DNA of 64,000 bases from Rhizobiaceae bacterium (GTDB lineage Bacteria; Pseudomonadota; Alphaproteobacteria; Rhizobiales; Rhizobiaceae): NCBI GenBank assembly GCA_023953775.1, contig JAMLJD010000002.1, forward strand, positions 39,245 through 103,244, given 5' to 3'. The position numbers and the translations under genes were made by a program. Below the pieces are notes generated by a model. The model saw nothing but the letters and a program-made list of their open reading frames with translations. It had not been told where the DNA came from and ran no database searches. Of this stretch, positions 23,507 through 33,088 are shown in pieces; position 1 is the stretch's first letter, and the number at the start of each line of letters is the position of its first letter.

Positions 23507-25231
23507 ATGCAAGAAACGTCCGACCGAAAGACACCGGCGAGCCGCCGGCAGGCCCTCGAAGCGTCGATCGGCGCATGGACGGCAATGACCATCGGCCAGG
23601 CGCTCGACCAGGCTGCGGACAAATATCCAGATCGGCCGCTCTTCATCACCGACGAGCGCGTATGGACTTATGCGGACATGCAGGCCGCATCGCGGCAATT
23701 GGCCGCCCGGCTGCTGAGCCGGGGCATCGGCCCGCGCGACCATGTCGGCCTCTACATGGCCAACTATGTCGAATTCGCGATCGCGAAGTTTGCGATCGCA
23801 CGGATCGGCGCTGTCGCCGTGCCCATCAACTTCCTGCTCCGCCAACAGGAACTCGCCTACGTTCTGCGACAGTCAGAATGCGCCGCCCTGATCGCGATGG
23901 ACAGCTTTCGCGACCGGAACTACCTGGACGACCTCGACGCCATCATGCCGGGATGGGCAACCTCCGGAGGCGGCGTGGCTTTCCCCGAACTGAAAGAGGT
24001 CTTTATCCATTTCTGCGGTGGCAGTTCGCGCACGGGCGCCGAACCGCTGATCGACGAACGCTACCGGCCGTCGCCGGACGTCCTGGAAAAGCTCCGGCTC
24101 GCCGAGGAAGCGGCCAAACCGGATTTCCGTTGCGATATCATCTATACGTCGGGAACGACCGGCCGCCCCAAGGGTGTCGTCGTCACCCACGACATGGTGC
24201 TGCGCACCGCCTACGCTTCGGCTTATACGAGAGCGCTGGAAGACGGCAGGCGCATCCTTTTCGCGCTGCCGATGTACCACGTGTTCGGCTATGTCGAGTG
24301 CCTGCTGGCGTGCCTGTTCGTAGGCGGCGCCGTGGCTCCAAGGATCGTCTTCGAGCCTGAGGACATGCTGTCAGCGTCGGAGCGCTACAAGGTCGGCGAA
24401 ATCGTCTGCGTTCCGCTGATGACGCTCAAACTCATCGACCTCGCCCGCGTCCGCGGCTTCGATTGCCCCTCATTGGTCGCCTTCTTCAACTCCGGCGGCG
24501 TGTCGCCGCAATCGATCTGGGGTGAGATCCGGGAAGTGCTGGGCGCGGCGGAACTGTTGACCGGCTACGGGATGACCGAAACGACTGCCTCGACCTGCTG
24601 CACCCTGCCGGAGGGAGATGACCGCCATCTGCTGACCAGCAACGGACGCCTGAAGGATGCCGGCCTCGCCGGCTTCGACCAGCCGGACGACCGTCTGGCA
24701 GTCTACAAGGCGATCGACCCGGAAAGCGGCGAAGATCTTCCATACGGCGAAGAAGGCGAATTGCTGGTGAAAGGGCTCGCGGTGACGCCTGGCTACTACA
24801 AGAAGCCCGAAGAGAATGAAGCGGCGTTCACCACCGACGGCTGGCTGCGTACCGGCGATATCGGCACGGTCGACGCCGAGGGCTATGTCGCGCTGCACGG
24901 ACGGATCAAGGAAAGCTATCGCTGCGGCGGTGAGATGGTCATGCCTCAGGAGGTCGAGGAATTGTTGATGAAACATCCGGCGGTGAGCAACGCGCTCGTG
25001 GTGGGCGTGCCCGACCGGAAGATGGGCGAAGTCGGCTGTGCGCTGATCGTTCCGGACGGCGCAGCACCTCCCGTTTCCGAATTGATCGCGCTTTGCATGG
25101 AGCGTCTGGCCCGCTTCAAGGTTCCCAAGCACGTTCTCTTCGTGACCGAGGCCGATGTCCCCTATACCGCCACCGGCCGGGCCCAGCGGGTCTATCTCGG
25201 AACAGTCGCGCGAGAGAGGCTGGGGCTCTGA
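23507..25231 (+). CDS. AMP-dependent acyl-CoA synthetase/ligase
   Basis: The AMP-binding motif is IIYTSGTTGRPKGVV. Other motifs are GYGMTE, TGDIG..D.EGY and a C-terminal FKVPK. Confidence 0.85.
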   Translation: MQETSDRKTPASRRQALEASIGAWTAMTIGQALDQAADKYPDRPLFITDERVWTYADMQAASRQLAARLLSRGIGPRDHVGLYMANYVEFAIAKFAIARIGAVAVPINFLLRQQELAYVLRQSECAALIAMDSFRDRNYLDDLDAIMPGWATSGGGVAFPELKEVFIHFCGGSSRTGAEPLIDERYRPSPDVLEKLRLAEEAAKPDFRCDIIYTSGTTGRPKGVVVTHDMVLRTAYASAYTRALEDGRRILFALPMYHVFGYVECLLACLFVGGAVAPRIVFEPEDMLSASERYKVGEIVCVPLMTLKLIDLARVRGFDCPSLVAFFNSGGVSPQSIWGEIREVLGAAELLTGYGMTETTASTCCTLPEGDDRHLLTSNGRLKDAGLAGFDQPDDRLAVYKAIDPESGEDLPYGEEGELLVKGLAVTPGYYKKPEENEAAFTTDGWLRTGDIGTVDAEGYVALHGRIKESYRCGGEMVMPQEVEELLMKHPAVSNALVVGVPDRKMGEVGCALIVPDGAAPPVSELIALCMERLARFKVPKHVLFVTEADVPYTATGRAQRVYLGTVARERLGL

Positions 25232-25265
25232 CTTCCGGCATGCGCCCTCTCCCAATGGAGCACAG

Positions 25266-25721
25266 ATGGAACTAACCCTCGCACAGGTCCAGTCCGTCAT
25301 CGATATGTCCCAGTTCGACCGGTGGCTCGGATTGACGGCGATCGATCTCGATGAGAACGGGCTTACAATCCGAATGCCGGTGCGTCGCGAAATCCTCGGC
25401 ACCCCGAAGATTGACCGCCTTCACGGCGGAGCGGTCAGCACGCTGATCGATGCCACAGCCTGCTATCTGCTGATCGCGCTGAACAACAAGCGCGTCTCCA
25501 CGGTCGACATGGTCATCGATTATCTGCGGCCAGCCCATGGCGACATGACCGCGAGGAGCCGGGTCGTCAAATTAGGCCGAACGATCTGCGTGGTCACGGT
25601 TGAGGTAACCGGCGCCAACGGCAAGCTGGTGGCCACCGGCCGCCTGGCGATCGCCCCGTCCGATATCCCGATCGGAGAGGAGCAGCTCTTCGCCGAGCGC
25701 GCGCCGGCAACTGCCGGCTGA
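25266..25721 (+). CDS. PaaI-family hotdog-fold thioesterase
   Basis: The 151-aa ORF contains LHGGAVSTLIDATACY and VDMVIDYLRPA.GD...........GRT. The ATG lies 35 nt after the ligase stop. Confidence 0.8.
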   Translation: MELTLAQVQSVIDMSQFDRWLGLTAIDLDENGLTIRMPVRREILGTPKIDRLHGGAVSTLIDATACYLLIALNNKRVSTVDMVIDYLRPAHGDMTARSRVVKLGRTICVVTVEVTGANGKLVATGRLAIAPSDIPIGEEQLFAERAPATAG

Positions 25722-25849
25722 ACGGCCGTCTCTGCAACGATGGTTTGCATCCACGGTACCTGTTGGCCGCTATCTGCGCGCCGGACGGCTTGTTAGATTC
25801 CGAAGAGCGGAAGACCGCCGAGCGGAACGCAGCCCGGAGAACCATCAGT

Positions 25850-27492
25850 ATGAAGAAACCGGATTTCGATGCCGTCGTGATCGGTGCTGGCATCAGCGGC
25901 ATGTACCAGCTCTATAGGCTGCGCGAGCTCGGATACAACGTGCTCGGCCTCGAGGCGTCCGACGATCTCGGCGGCGTCTGGCACCAGAACCGCTATCCGG
26001 GATGCCGCATTGATTCCGAAAGCGAGATCTACGGCTACTTCTGGAACCGTGAACTGATGCAGGAATTCGACTGGACGGAGCGATTCGCCGCCCAGCCTGA
26101 AGTACTCCGCTACCTGCATCGCGCCGCCGACTACATGGATATTCGCAAGGATTTCCGGTTCAACGCGCGCGTCAAGAGCGCCGTTTTCGACGAGCAGAAC
26201 CAGTACTGGACGATCGAGCTTCAGGAAGGCGGATCGGCATCATTGACGACGCGATTCCTGTTCAGCGCGTTGGGGCCTCTCTCCGCCCCCCAGATGCCCA
26301 ATATCGAGGGTGTCCACACATTCAGGGGCGAGACATATCACACGGCCCGCTGGCCACGGGATCCAACCGGATTCGGCCCCGCTAAGATTGATTTCTCCGG
26401 CAAGCGCATCGCCGTCATCGGCACCGGATCCTCCGGCGTCCAGGTGATCCAGGAGATGGCCAAGGTCGCCAGCCATCTGACGGTCTTCCAGCGCTCGCCC
26501 AACTGGTGCACGCCGCTCGGCAACGCGCCGATGCCGAAGGAGCGCATGGACGAGATCAAGGCGGACTACGACCGGTTCATTGCCGCCTGCGACGTGTCGA
26601 TTGCGGGCTTTCCGCACCAGTTTATCGAAAAGGACCTGGCAGACGTTCCCAAGGCCGAGCGCGATGCCACCTTGGAGCAACTTTACAACGGGCCGGGCTT
26701 CTCGCTGTGGCTGGGCGCCTATCAGGATGTCCTGACAGACGAGAACGCGAACGCCTATGTCTCGCAATTCGTGGCGGACAAGATCAGGCAGCGCGTCAAG
26801 GATCCCCGGATCGCGGAGAAGCTGATCCCGAAGGACCACGGCTTCGGCCTCAAGCGCGTGCCGCTGGAGACGCGCTATTTCGAAGTCTACAACCAGGACA
26901 ATGTCAGCCTCGTCGACTTGAACGAGACGCCGATCTCCCGCATCGGCCCGACCGGCATCCACACGGAATCCGCCGACTACGAATTCGACGTGATCATCTT
27001 CGCGACCGGCTTCGACGCCATCAAGGGCTCATGGAACCGCATCGACATACGCGGCCGCAACGGCGTCTCGCTCAAGGAAACGTGGGACGAGGAAGTGAAG
27101 ACCTATATGGGACTGCAGGTCTCGGGCTTTCCGAACTTCTTCATGCTCGTCGGGCCCCAGAACGGCGCCACCTTCTGCAATATTCCCCGCTGCTCTGCTC
27201 TGGTGACCGACTGGCTCACCCAGCTCATGCATCACGCCCGTGACAACCACATCCGAACTGATCGAGGCGACGCCCGAGCTCAGGTTCATGGACATCGTAT
27301 TGCGGCCATCTGCTCGGCAAGATGCTCCTCGGCAAGACAGACTCATGGTTCACCGGCATCAACAAGAATATCGCCGGACGCAACAAGCGCGAGACCCTGC
27401 TCTTCGTCGGCGGAAACCCGAACTTCCGGAAATATTGCGAGAAGGTCGAGGCCGACGGCTTTCGCGGCTTCGAGCTGTCGCAGGTCGGCTGA
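25850..27492 (+). pseudogene. Type I Baeyer-Villiger (flavin-containing) monooxygenase with two frameshifts in its 3' end
   Basis: The N-terminus is FDAVVIGAGISGMYQLYRL...GGVWHQNRYPGCRIDSE. The second Rossmann motif is IAVIGTGSSGVQ. After ...DWLTQLMHHARDNHIRT the reading frame degenerates. The expected tail SWTSYCGHLLGKMLLGKTDSWFTGINKNIAGRNKRETLLFVGGNPNFRKYCEKVEADGFRGFELSQVG* is in another frame and ends at 27492. Confidence 0.75.
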
Positions 27493-27592
27493 CCGGCAGC
27501 TTGCACGAAACGACGGCGAACGTGCCCGTTGTTCGCGACCAGGCAGCACGAAATCAACTCATCTCGAAACATGACACTGGGAGGCATATCGC

Positions 27593-28672
27593 ATGAGGGA
27601 TGGCGGAAACCTGCTCGTCGCAGGCGCCACGAGCGTCGCGACCCAACACCTGATCGAGATTGTCCGCAAGACGCCAGGCTGGACCGTCACCGGCCTCTGC
27701 CGCAATCCGCCAGCCGAGGCGCCCGCAGGCGTACGCTACGTCGCCGCGGACCTCTCGGACCCCGATTCCTGCGCCAAGGCCGTCGAGGACGGGCCGTACA
27801 CACACCTGGTCTACGCCGCTCGTGCGAAGCACACCCTTTACACCGCGATGGCACCTCACGCCCCGGTTGGGATCGAGGACGTCAGGCCGAACCTAGACAT
27901 GCTGCGCAACATCGTCGAAGCGTGCGACGGTCCGGCCCTGAAACACGTTCACGCGGTTTCCGGCGGCAAGTGGTACGGGATCCACCTCGGTCCCTACACG
28001 ACGCCCGCGCGTGAATCCGATCCCGGACATATGCCGCCCAACTTCTATTTCGACCAGCAGCGCTATCTTGAACAGCGGTCGGCCAAGCGGGGCTGGAGCT
28101 GGTCGACCAGCCGGCCCAATATCATCAGTGGCGTGACGGTCGGGGTCGGCACCAACCTTCTCTCGACGATCGGAGTCTATGCGGCGTTCTGCCGACATCT
28201 GGGCCTAGCGTTCGACTTTCCGGGCAAACCCGGCAACTACACGAGCCTGCAGGAAATGAGCGACGCGACACAGCTCGCAGAGGCGATCTTCTGGATGTGC
28301 CGCAGTCCGACGGCCGAGAACCAGGCCTTCAACGTCATCAACGGCGACCTGTTTCGATGGGAGCAGCTATGGCCGAAGCTTGCCGACCACTTCGGCCTTC
28401 GGATGGGGCGTGTCCGGCACTTCTCGCTGGTCAAATGGATGGCCGACAAGGCACCGATGTGGGACGAAATAGTCAAGGTCAACGGGCTGAGACCGCTCGC
28501 ACTCGACCAGGTTGCCTCATGGGGCTTCGCCGACTTCCTGTTGAGTTGGGACTACGACGTGATCTCGTCGATGACGAAGCTGAGACAAGCCGGGTTCCAT
28601 CGCATCGTCGACACCGAGGACATGGTGCTCGACCAGCTGGCGCAGTACCGGCGGGAAAAAGTCCTGCCGTGA
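27593..28672 (+). CDS. Atypical SDR of the PRISE family (progesterone-5beta-reductase / iridoid-synthase-like enone reductase)
   Basis: The 359-aa ORF has an atypical glycine motif (LLVAGATSVATQHL). It also has PPNFYFDQQ, WSWSTSRPNIISG, NLLSTIGVYAAFCRHLG..FDFPG, SDA.QLAEAIFW and FNV.NGDLFRWEQLWPKLADHFG, and ends ...YRREKVLP. These blocks parallel the plant PRISE blocks as I remember them. Confidence 0.7.
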   Translation: MRDGGNLLVAGATSVATQHLIEIVRKTPGWTVTGLCRNPPAEAPAGVRYVAADLSDPDSCAKAVEDGPYTHLVYAARAKHTLYTAMAPHAPVGIEDVRPNLDMLRNIVEACDGPALKHVHAVSGGKWYGIHLGPYTTPARESDPGHMPPNFYFDQQRYLEQRSAKRGWSWSTSRPNIISGVTVGVGTNLLSTIGVYAAFCRHLGLAFDFPGKPGNYTSLQEMSDATQLAEAIFWMCRSPTAENQAFNVINGDLFRWEQLWPKLADHFGLRMGRVRHFSLVKWMADKAPMWDEIVKVNGLRPLALDQVASWGFADFLLSWDYDVISSMTKLRQAGFHRIVDTEDMVLDQLAQYRREKVLP

Positions 28673-28700
28673 TCGTGATTTTGAGCAAGGGGACGATCAG

Positions 28701-29018
28701 ATGACGGCACTGCTCTACGTTCGCGCGGTCGTTGCCGATCCGGCCGACCGCACAGCCTTCGACGAATGGTATGCGACGGACCATTCGCCGATGGGATACA
28801 GGCTGTTCAAGCCGAAACGGTTCTGGCGCTGCTGGAGCCATCTGGACCCGTCCGTCCATTACGCGTTCTACGAGTTCGAGAACGCCGAACGGTACGACGA
28901 GATCGTCGGAACTCCCGAATTCGAGGCGATGGTCGCCGACTTTACCCGCACCTGGGGGGACAGGGTCGTCCGTGACCGTGACGTGATCACGGTCGTCCAC
29001 CAATATCCGGAACTCTAA
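28701..29018 (+). CDS. Small hypothetical protein, possibly of the ferredoxin-like (EthD/ABM-type) alpha+beta barrel fold
   Basis: The 105-aa ORF has a good ribosome-binding site (AAGGGG) and lies 29 nt after the PRISE gene. Alternating hydrophobic/charged beta-alpha-beta patterning is present. No diagnostic motif was recognised. Confidence 0.45.
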   Translation: MTALLYVRAVVADPADRTAFDEWYATDHSPMGYRLFKPKRFWRCWSHLDPSVHYAFYEFENAERYDEIVGTPEFEAMVADFTRTWGDRVVRDRDVITVVHQYPEL

Positions 29019-29171
29019 TCGTCAACACGCGAGATGGCGGTCTCTGCATTCCGTCTCAAACACGGTCAGGCAGCGACTCCGGGCGGTCTGGAGCCAGCGG
29101 GCCAACTCCTCACGCGGTGCGCTGTCGCGCCTTCTTCGATGAAAGATCCGATACCTCGTTACCGGCTGGCG

Positions 29172-30407
29172 CTATCGCGCTCCCGGTCCGGCAACCGCCT
29201 TGGCAGGCACCGGTACTTCGGTTTCGCCGGCGACGTCGTCGATCTCGGTTGGCGACAGCGTGGTGATGCGAGCAAGCACCTCGCGCGTATCCTCGCCCAG
29301 TTTGCGGCTCGGCGGGATCGTCATCGGCTCCATTCCGTCGAAGCGGATCGGTGTTTGCTGGACGATGATTCTGCCGATCTCAGGATGGTCCTGATATTGA
29401 AGGGCGCCGCGCTCATGCATGTTGCGGTCGCAGATCACCTCATCCAGATCGCGCACCGGCGCGCACGGCACATCGTGGGCCATCAGGATGTCGAATATCT
29501 CCGACTTGGTCCGTGGCCTTGTCCAGGCGGAAACATAGTCGTCCACCACGTCCATGTTCGTCACGCGTGACTTCAAGTCGACGAAACGCGGATCCTCTGC
29601 AAGCTCTGGCATGTCCATCGCCTTCACGAGAGCCCGCCATTGCGCCTCGCCGACACACAGGATGGCTATCCAGCCGTCCGAGGTCGGATAGACGTTGTAC
29701 GGGGATTCGGCCATGCCACCGTGGCGGTTTCCGGTCCGCGGCGGGATACCGCTTCCATGGCCTCCCCAATGCATGCCCAGGCTTGAGCTCAGCGAGGCAT
29801 AGACCGCATCCTGCATGGCCACTTCCACACGCCGCGCCTCGCCTGTCCGTTCGCGGTGATAGAGCGCGGTCAGGATCGCCGAATGCAGATGGATTCCGGC
29901 GAAGAAATCGCACAGCGCGGGACCCGCCTTGACCGGCGGGCGGTCGGGAAATCCCGTCGTCGCCATGACGCCCGAGATCGCCTGCACCGTCAGGTCCATG
30001 GCGAGGTACTTGCGATACGGACCGGTGCTGCCGAAGCCGGAACTTGCCGCATAGATGAGCCGCGGATTGATCTTCTGCAAGGCTTCGAAGCCGAGGCCGA
30101 GGCGATCCATGGTGCCGGGCGAGAAATTCTCGACGACGATGTCGGCCGTCTCGGCCATATCGAGGAAAGCCTTCTTGCCGAGTTCGGACTTGAGGTCGAG
30201 CGAGATCGACTTCTTCGCACCGTTCAACATGGCGAACGGCAGCGCCGCGCCGCCGACAACCCCGCGCCGACGCAGCGGCTCGCCCGCTGGCGGCTCGATC
30301 TTGATCACCTCGGCCCCAGCCAGGGCGAGCAGATAGGTTGCGTACGGGCCGTTATAGATCTGGCTCAGATCGATGACTCGAATGCCCTGGAGAGGATAGT
30401 CACTCAC
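29172..30407 (-). CDS. Family III CoA-transferase (CaiB/BaiF)
   Basis: The ORF has the hallmark LQGIRVIDLSQIYNGPYATYLLALAGAEVIKIEPP.GEP.R. It uses a GTG start and is 411 aa long. Confidence 0.9.
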   Translation of the reverse strand: MSDYPLQGIRVIDLSQIYNGPYATYLLALAGAEVIKIEPPAGEPLRRRGVVGGAALPFAMLNGAKKSISLDLKSELGKKAFLDMAETADIVVENFSPGTMDRLGLGFEALQKINPRLIYAASSGFGSTGPYRKYLAMDLTVQAISGVMATTGFPDRPPVKAGPALCDFFAGIHLHSAILTALYHRERTGEARRVEVAMQDAVYASLSSSLGMHWGGHGSGIPPRTGNRHGGMAESPYNVYPTSDGWIAILCVGEAQWRALVKAMDMPELAEDPRFVDLKSRVTNMDVVDDYVSAWTRPRTKSEIFDILMAHDVPCAPVRDLDEVICDRNMHERGALQYQDHPEIGRIIVQQTPIRFDGMEPMTIPPSRKLGEDTREVLARITTLSPTEIDDVAGETEVPVPAKAVAGPGAR

Positions 30408-30479
30408 GGTAACAACGCGGTCCCTTGATTGCGTTTCCTTGGTATCGCGGCCCTGCCCGACTGGTCCGTAAGACCGACT

Positions 30480-31448
30480 TCACGCCCAATGGTCGAGCGC
30501 GGCACCCGCGACCGGCGCCGGAAGGCAGGAGATCGAAGCGGTGGTCAACGCGCCAAGATAGATGGTTTTCCGATCCCGGCCGCCGAATGCGATGCTCGAA
30601 AGGTTGGAGACGCGGCTGCCTTTGCTTTGCACGATCATGTCGCGGGTGAGCCGGCCCTTCGAATAAGCCTCGGACATCTGGTTGAAGAAAGCCGGATCGC
30701 AATCCTCGAAGACGATCTCCCAGGAAAGATCCGGCGCGATGCGGAGGATCCGGTTGGACACCGGACATACGGTCCAGAGGCAACCCGTCTCGTCGAAGGC
30801 GAGACCGTCGGGAAAGGTACCGGCGGGAAATTCGACATGCGCCCTGGCCCCGAGGGAGCCGTCGGCTTCAAGATCGAACCGCGTGGTGCGACAGGCGAAG
30901 GTCTCGTTGACGAAAAGATGCCGGCCGTCCGGAGACACACGCAGCTCGTTCGTCCACGTCAGCCCGTCGGCAACGATCCGGGCGCGGCCGCCTTCGACCA
31001 GGATGATGACACCGCTGTCCTCGTCTTTCGTGAAGTATTCGTGGGACCGGGTCGATGCGCTGACCGTGATCCAGATACGCCGACCATCGACGAGCACGAA
31101 ATTCGCGGGCGGGATCTTGTACCCCCCGACGTCAAGCAGGAACGGCTCCGCCGGACCGGTGCTTCCGACGTGCCATACTCCACCCTTCTCTCCGAGGTTG
31201 GCGAAGAGGAAACCGCCCTCCGGTGCAATCGCCACGCCGTTCGGCAGGAAACCTCCCTCGATGAGCGGTGTCTCGACGGCCGCACTGACACCGCCATCGG
31301 GCGCGATGCGTGCGATGCCGAGCGTCCAGTCAGGCGTGAAAAGATCGCCGGACGGCGTCGCGAGCACGCATTCGGGGCGACTAAGCCCGCTGCCCAGCGA
31401 AGAGATCTCGTTGGTCGAGAAGAGCCGGATGTGCGTCTCAACGGTCAT
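30480..31448 (-). CDS. SMP-30 / gluconolactonase / LRE-family beta-propeller hydrolase
   Basis: The ORF shows the repeated propeller pattern with PEC(V)L, LPNGVAI.PEG, VSPDGRHLFVNETF and FPDGLAFDE.G.LW. The start was chosen at ATG 31448. The ORF stays open to TTG 31475. Confidence 0.8.
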   Translation of the reverse strand: MTVETHIRLFSTNEISSLGSGLSRPECVLATPSGDLFTPDWTLGIARIAPDGGVSAAVETPLIEGGFLPNGVAIAPEGGFLFANLGEKGGVWHVGSTGPAEPFLLDVGGYKIPPANFVLVDGRRIWITVSASTRSHEYFTKDEDSGVIILVEGGRARIVADGLTWTNELRVSPDGRHLFVNETFACRTTRFDLEADGSLGARAHVEFPAGTFPDGLAFDETGCLWTVCPVSNRILRIAPDLSWEIVFEDCDPAFFNQMSEAYSKGRLTRDMIVQSKGSRVSNLSSIAFGGRDRKTIYLGALTTASISCLPAPVAGAALDHWA

Positions 31449-31650
31449 GGCGCGCTGTTCTGCCTTGCAAAGCAAGCCGAAGCCGGGTTGGGGAGGTCAT
31501 GTGTCTGTGGATCATTTTTGAGACTTTGTTCCACCAACGGCGACCAGACAAGCTGCATGGGCGCTGCGGCCGGCAACGGACCGTTGCGCAATTCGTGGCG
31601 ACCGCACCTGATGTGACCGCCGGTCGGTGCGTTACGCGGGCTGCGATTCG

Positions 31651-32829
31651 TCACGGCTTGCCCGTCCTTGCGTGGAAATCCTTGTCCGCAGCATGTTTCG
31701 CGAACATCTCCTGCGCCGCCTTGTTTCGCTTCTCTTGGTAGTCGGCGGCGTTCATCTGCAGCGATTCCCAGCTCGCGAGCCTGTTGGCGTTGACGCCGCT
31801 GAAATGCGGCATCACGTAGCGTGCATAGAGTTCGTAGGATTTCTTCGTCTGATCCCAGTCAGCCCAGTCGACATGCTGGTGGAGAAACACACCGAAATCG
31901 CCTTGCTTCCCGTGCAGGCGCTCAATAAGCGCTATGGCGTCATCGGGCGTTCCAATGACGGCGCGACCTGAATCGACCAGTGCGTCGACGGGATCCTTGC
32001 CCTGGGTGTCGAACGGCTGCGGGGCGACGCAGGAATAGTATCGGATCCAGCGCTCTAGGCCGTAGCGAACATTCTCTCTGGCCTTCTCACGAGTCTCCGC
32101 AATATGCATCGGCGCAACGAGACGAAGGTTCTGCCGGTCCATGATGTTGCCGTGGATTGCGCCCATCTCCTCGGCGATCTTCCAGTTCTCGGCCAGAACA
32201 TTGAAGCCGCCAATATCGGTCGCCGCCACGCACAGCATCGAGAACCCGTATTTGCCGGCAGTGCGGCCGCCCGAGGGGGTGCCCGAACTCGCGACCGCGA
32301 TCTGCGGGTGCGGCCGGGTGAAGGGAAGCAGATGCAGCCGCGCGTTTTCAAGCGTGAACCAGTCGGTCTTCTCGGTGACGATTTCACCCTTGAGAAGCCG
32401 CAGGATGACCTCGATCGCTTCGGCCATCATCTGCCGGGTCTGACCCGGCTGGATGCCCAGCATCGCGGCATCTTCGACCAGAAGGCCTGGCCCGAGTCCG
32501 AATATGGCTCGACCGCGCGTCAGGTGATCGAGCTGGGCGATACGGTTCGCGACCATGAGCGGATTGTGGTACGGCAGCGTGATGACGCCGGTGCCAAGCC
32601 TGATCCTGCGTGTGACCTCCGCCGCCGCCGCGATCATCAGCTCCGGAGATGAAATGGTCTCCAGCCCCCCGGAGTGGTGTTCTCCGAACCAGTACTCATC
32701 GTAGCCGAGGTCATCGGCGATGCGCGCCAGCTCGATATCCTGGCGTAACCCGATCGTCGGATTCTCGACCGGATTGTGGAACGGTGCGAGGAACACACCG
32801 TGCTTAAGGACCACCGGATTCTCTTGCAT
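31651..32829 (-). CDS. Luciferase-like (LLM-class) flavin-dependent monooxygenase
   Basis: The ORF contains HGVFLAPFH....NPT......IELARIADDLGYDEYWFGEHHSG and RIRLGTGVITLPYHNP. It resembles two-component FMN monooxygenases such as the limonene/diketocamphane monooxygenase class. Confidence 0.85.
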   Translation of the reverse strand: MQENPVVLKHGVFLAPFHNPVENPTIGLRQDIELARIADDLGYDEYWFGEHHSGGLETISSPELMIAAAAEVTRRIRLGTGVITLPYHNPLMVANRIAQLDHLTRGRAIFGLGPGLLVEDAAMLGIQPGQTRQMMAEAIEVILRLLKGEIVTEKTDWFTLENARLHLLPFTRPHPQIAVASSGTPSGGRTAGKYGFSMLCVAATDIGGFNVLAENWKIAEEMGAIHGNIMDRQNLRLVAPMHIAETREKARENVRYGLERWIRYYSCVAPQPFDTQGKDPVDALVDSGRAVIGTPDDAIALIERLHGKQGDFGVFLHQHVDWADWDQTKKSYELYARYVMPHFSGVNANRLASWESLQMNAADYQEKRNKAAQEMFAKHAADKDFHARTGKP

Positions 32830-32943
32830 GCCTTGTCTACTCCCTCGGCCTTGCGGGCCGTCGAGCGGCTTGCGGCAACGCCATTTCACGCGTCACCACC
32901 CACCTCGATTTGATAAGTCCATTGTCCCGCGCACGATGGCGCG

Positions 32944-32955
32944 GTTGCAAGCAAC
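32944..32955. promoter_or_regulatory. Short palindrome in the divergent LLM / flavin-reductase::MarR promoter region
   Basis: GTTGC-AA-GCAAC lies roughly midway in the 260-bp divergent intergenic region. It is a candidate MarR-type operator. The evidence is weak because the repeat is short. Confidence 0.2.
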
Positions 32956-33088
32956 GCGGCCGCGTGTCGGCGTAAAGCAGTGTTGCAGGACGCGCACTTC
33001 CGAAGCCCTTCTCGCCCCACGTATCACTGCCGGATAGAGAAATGCCGCCGCAGCCAGCGGCCGCGAACAGCTCCCGCGGAGGTCGGAC

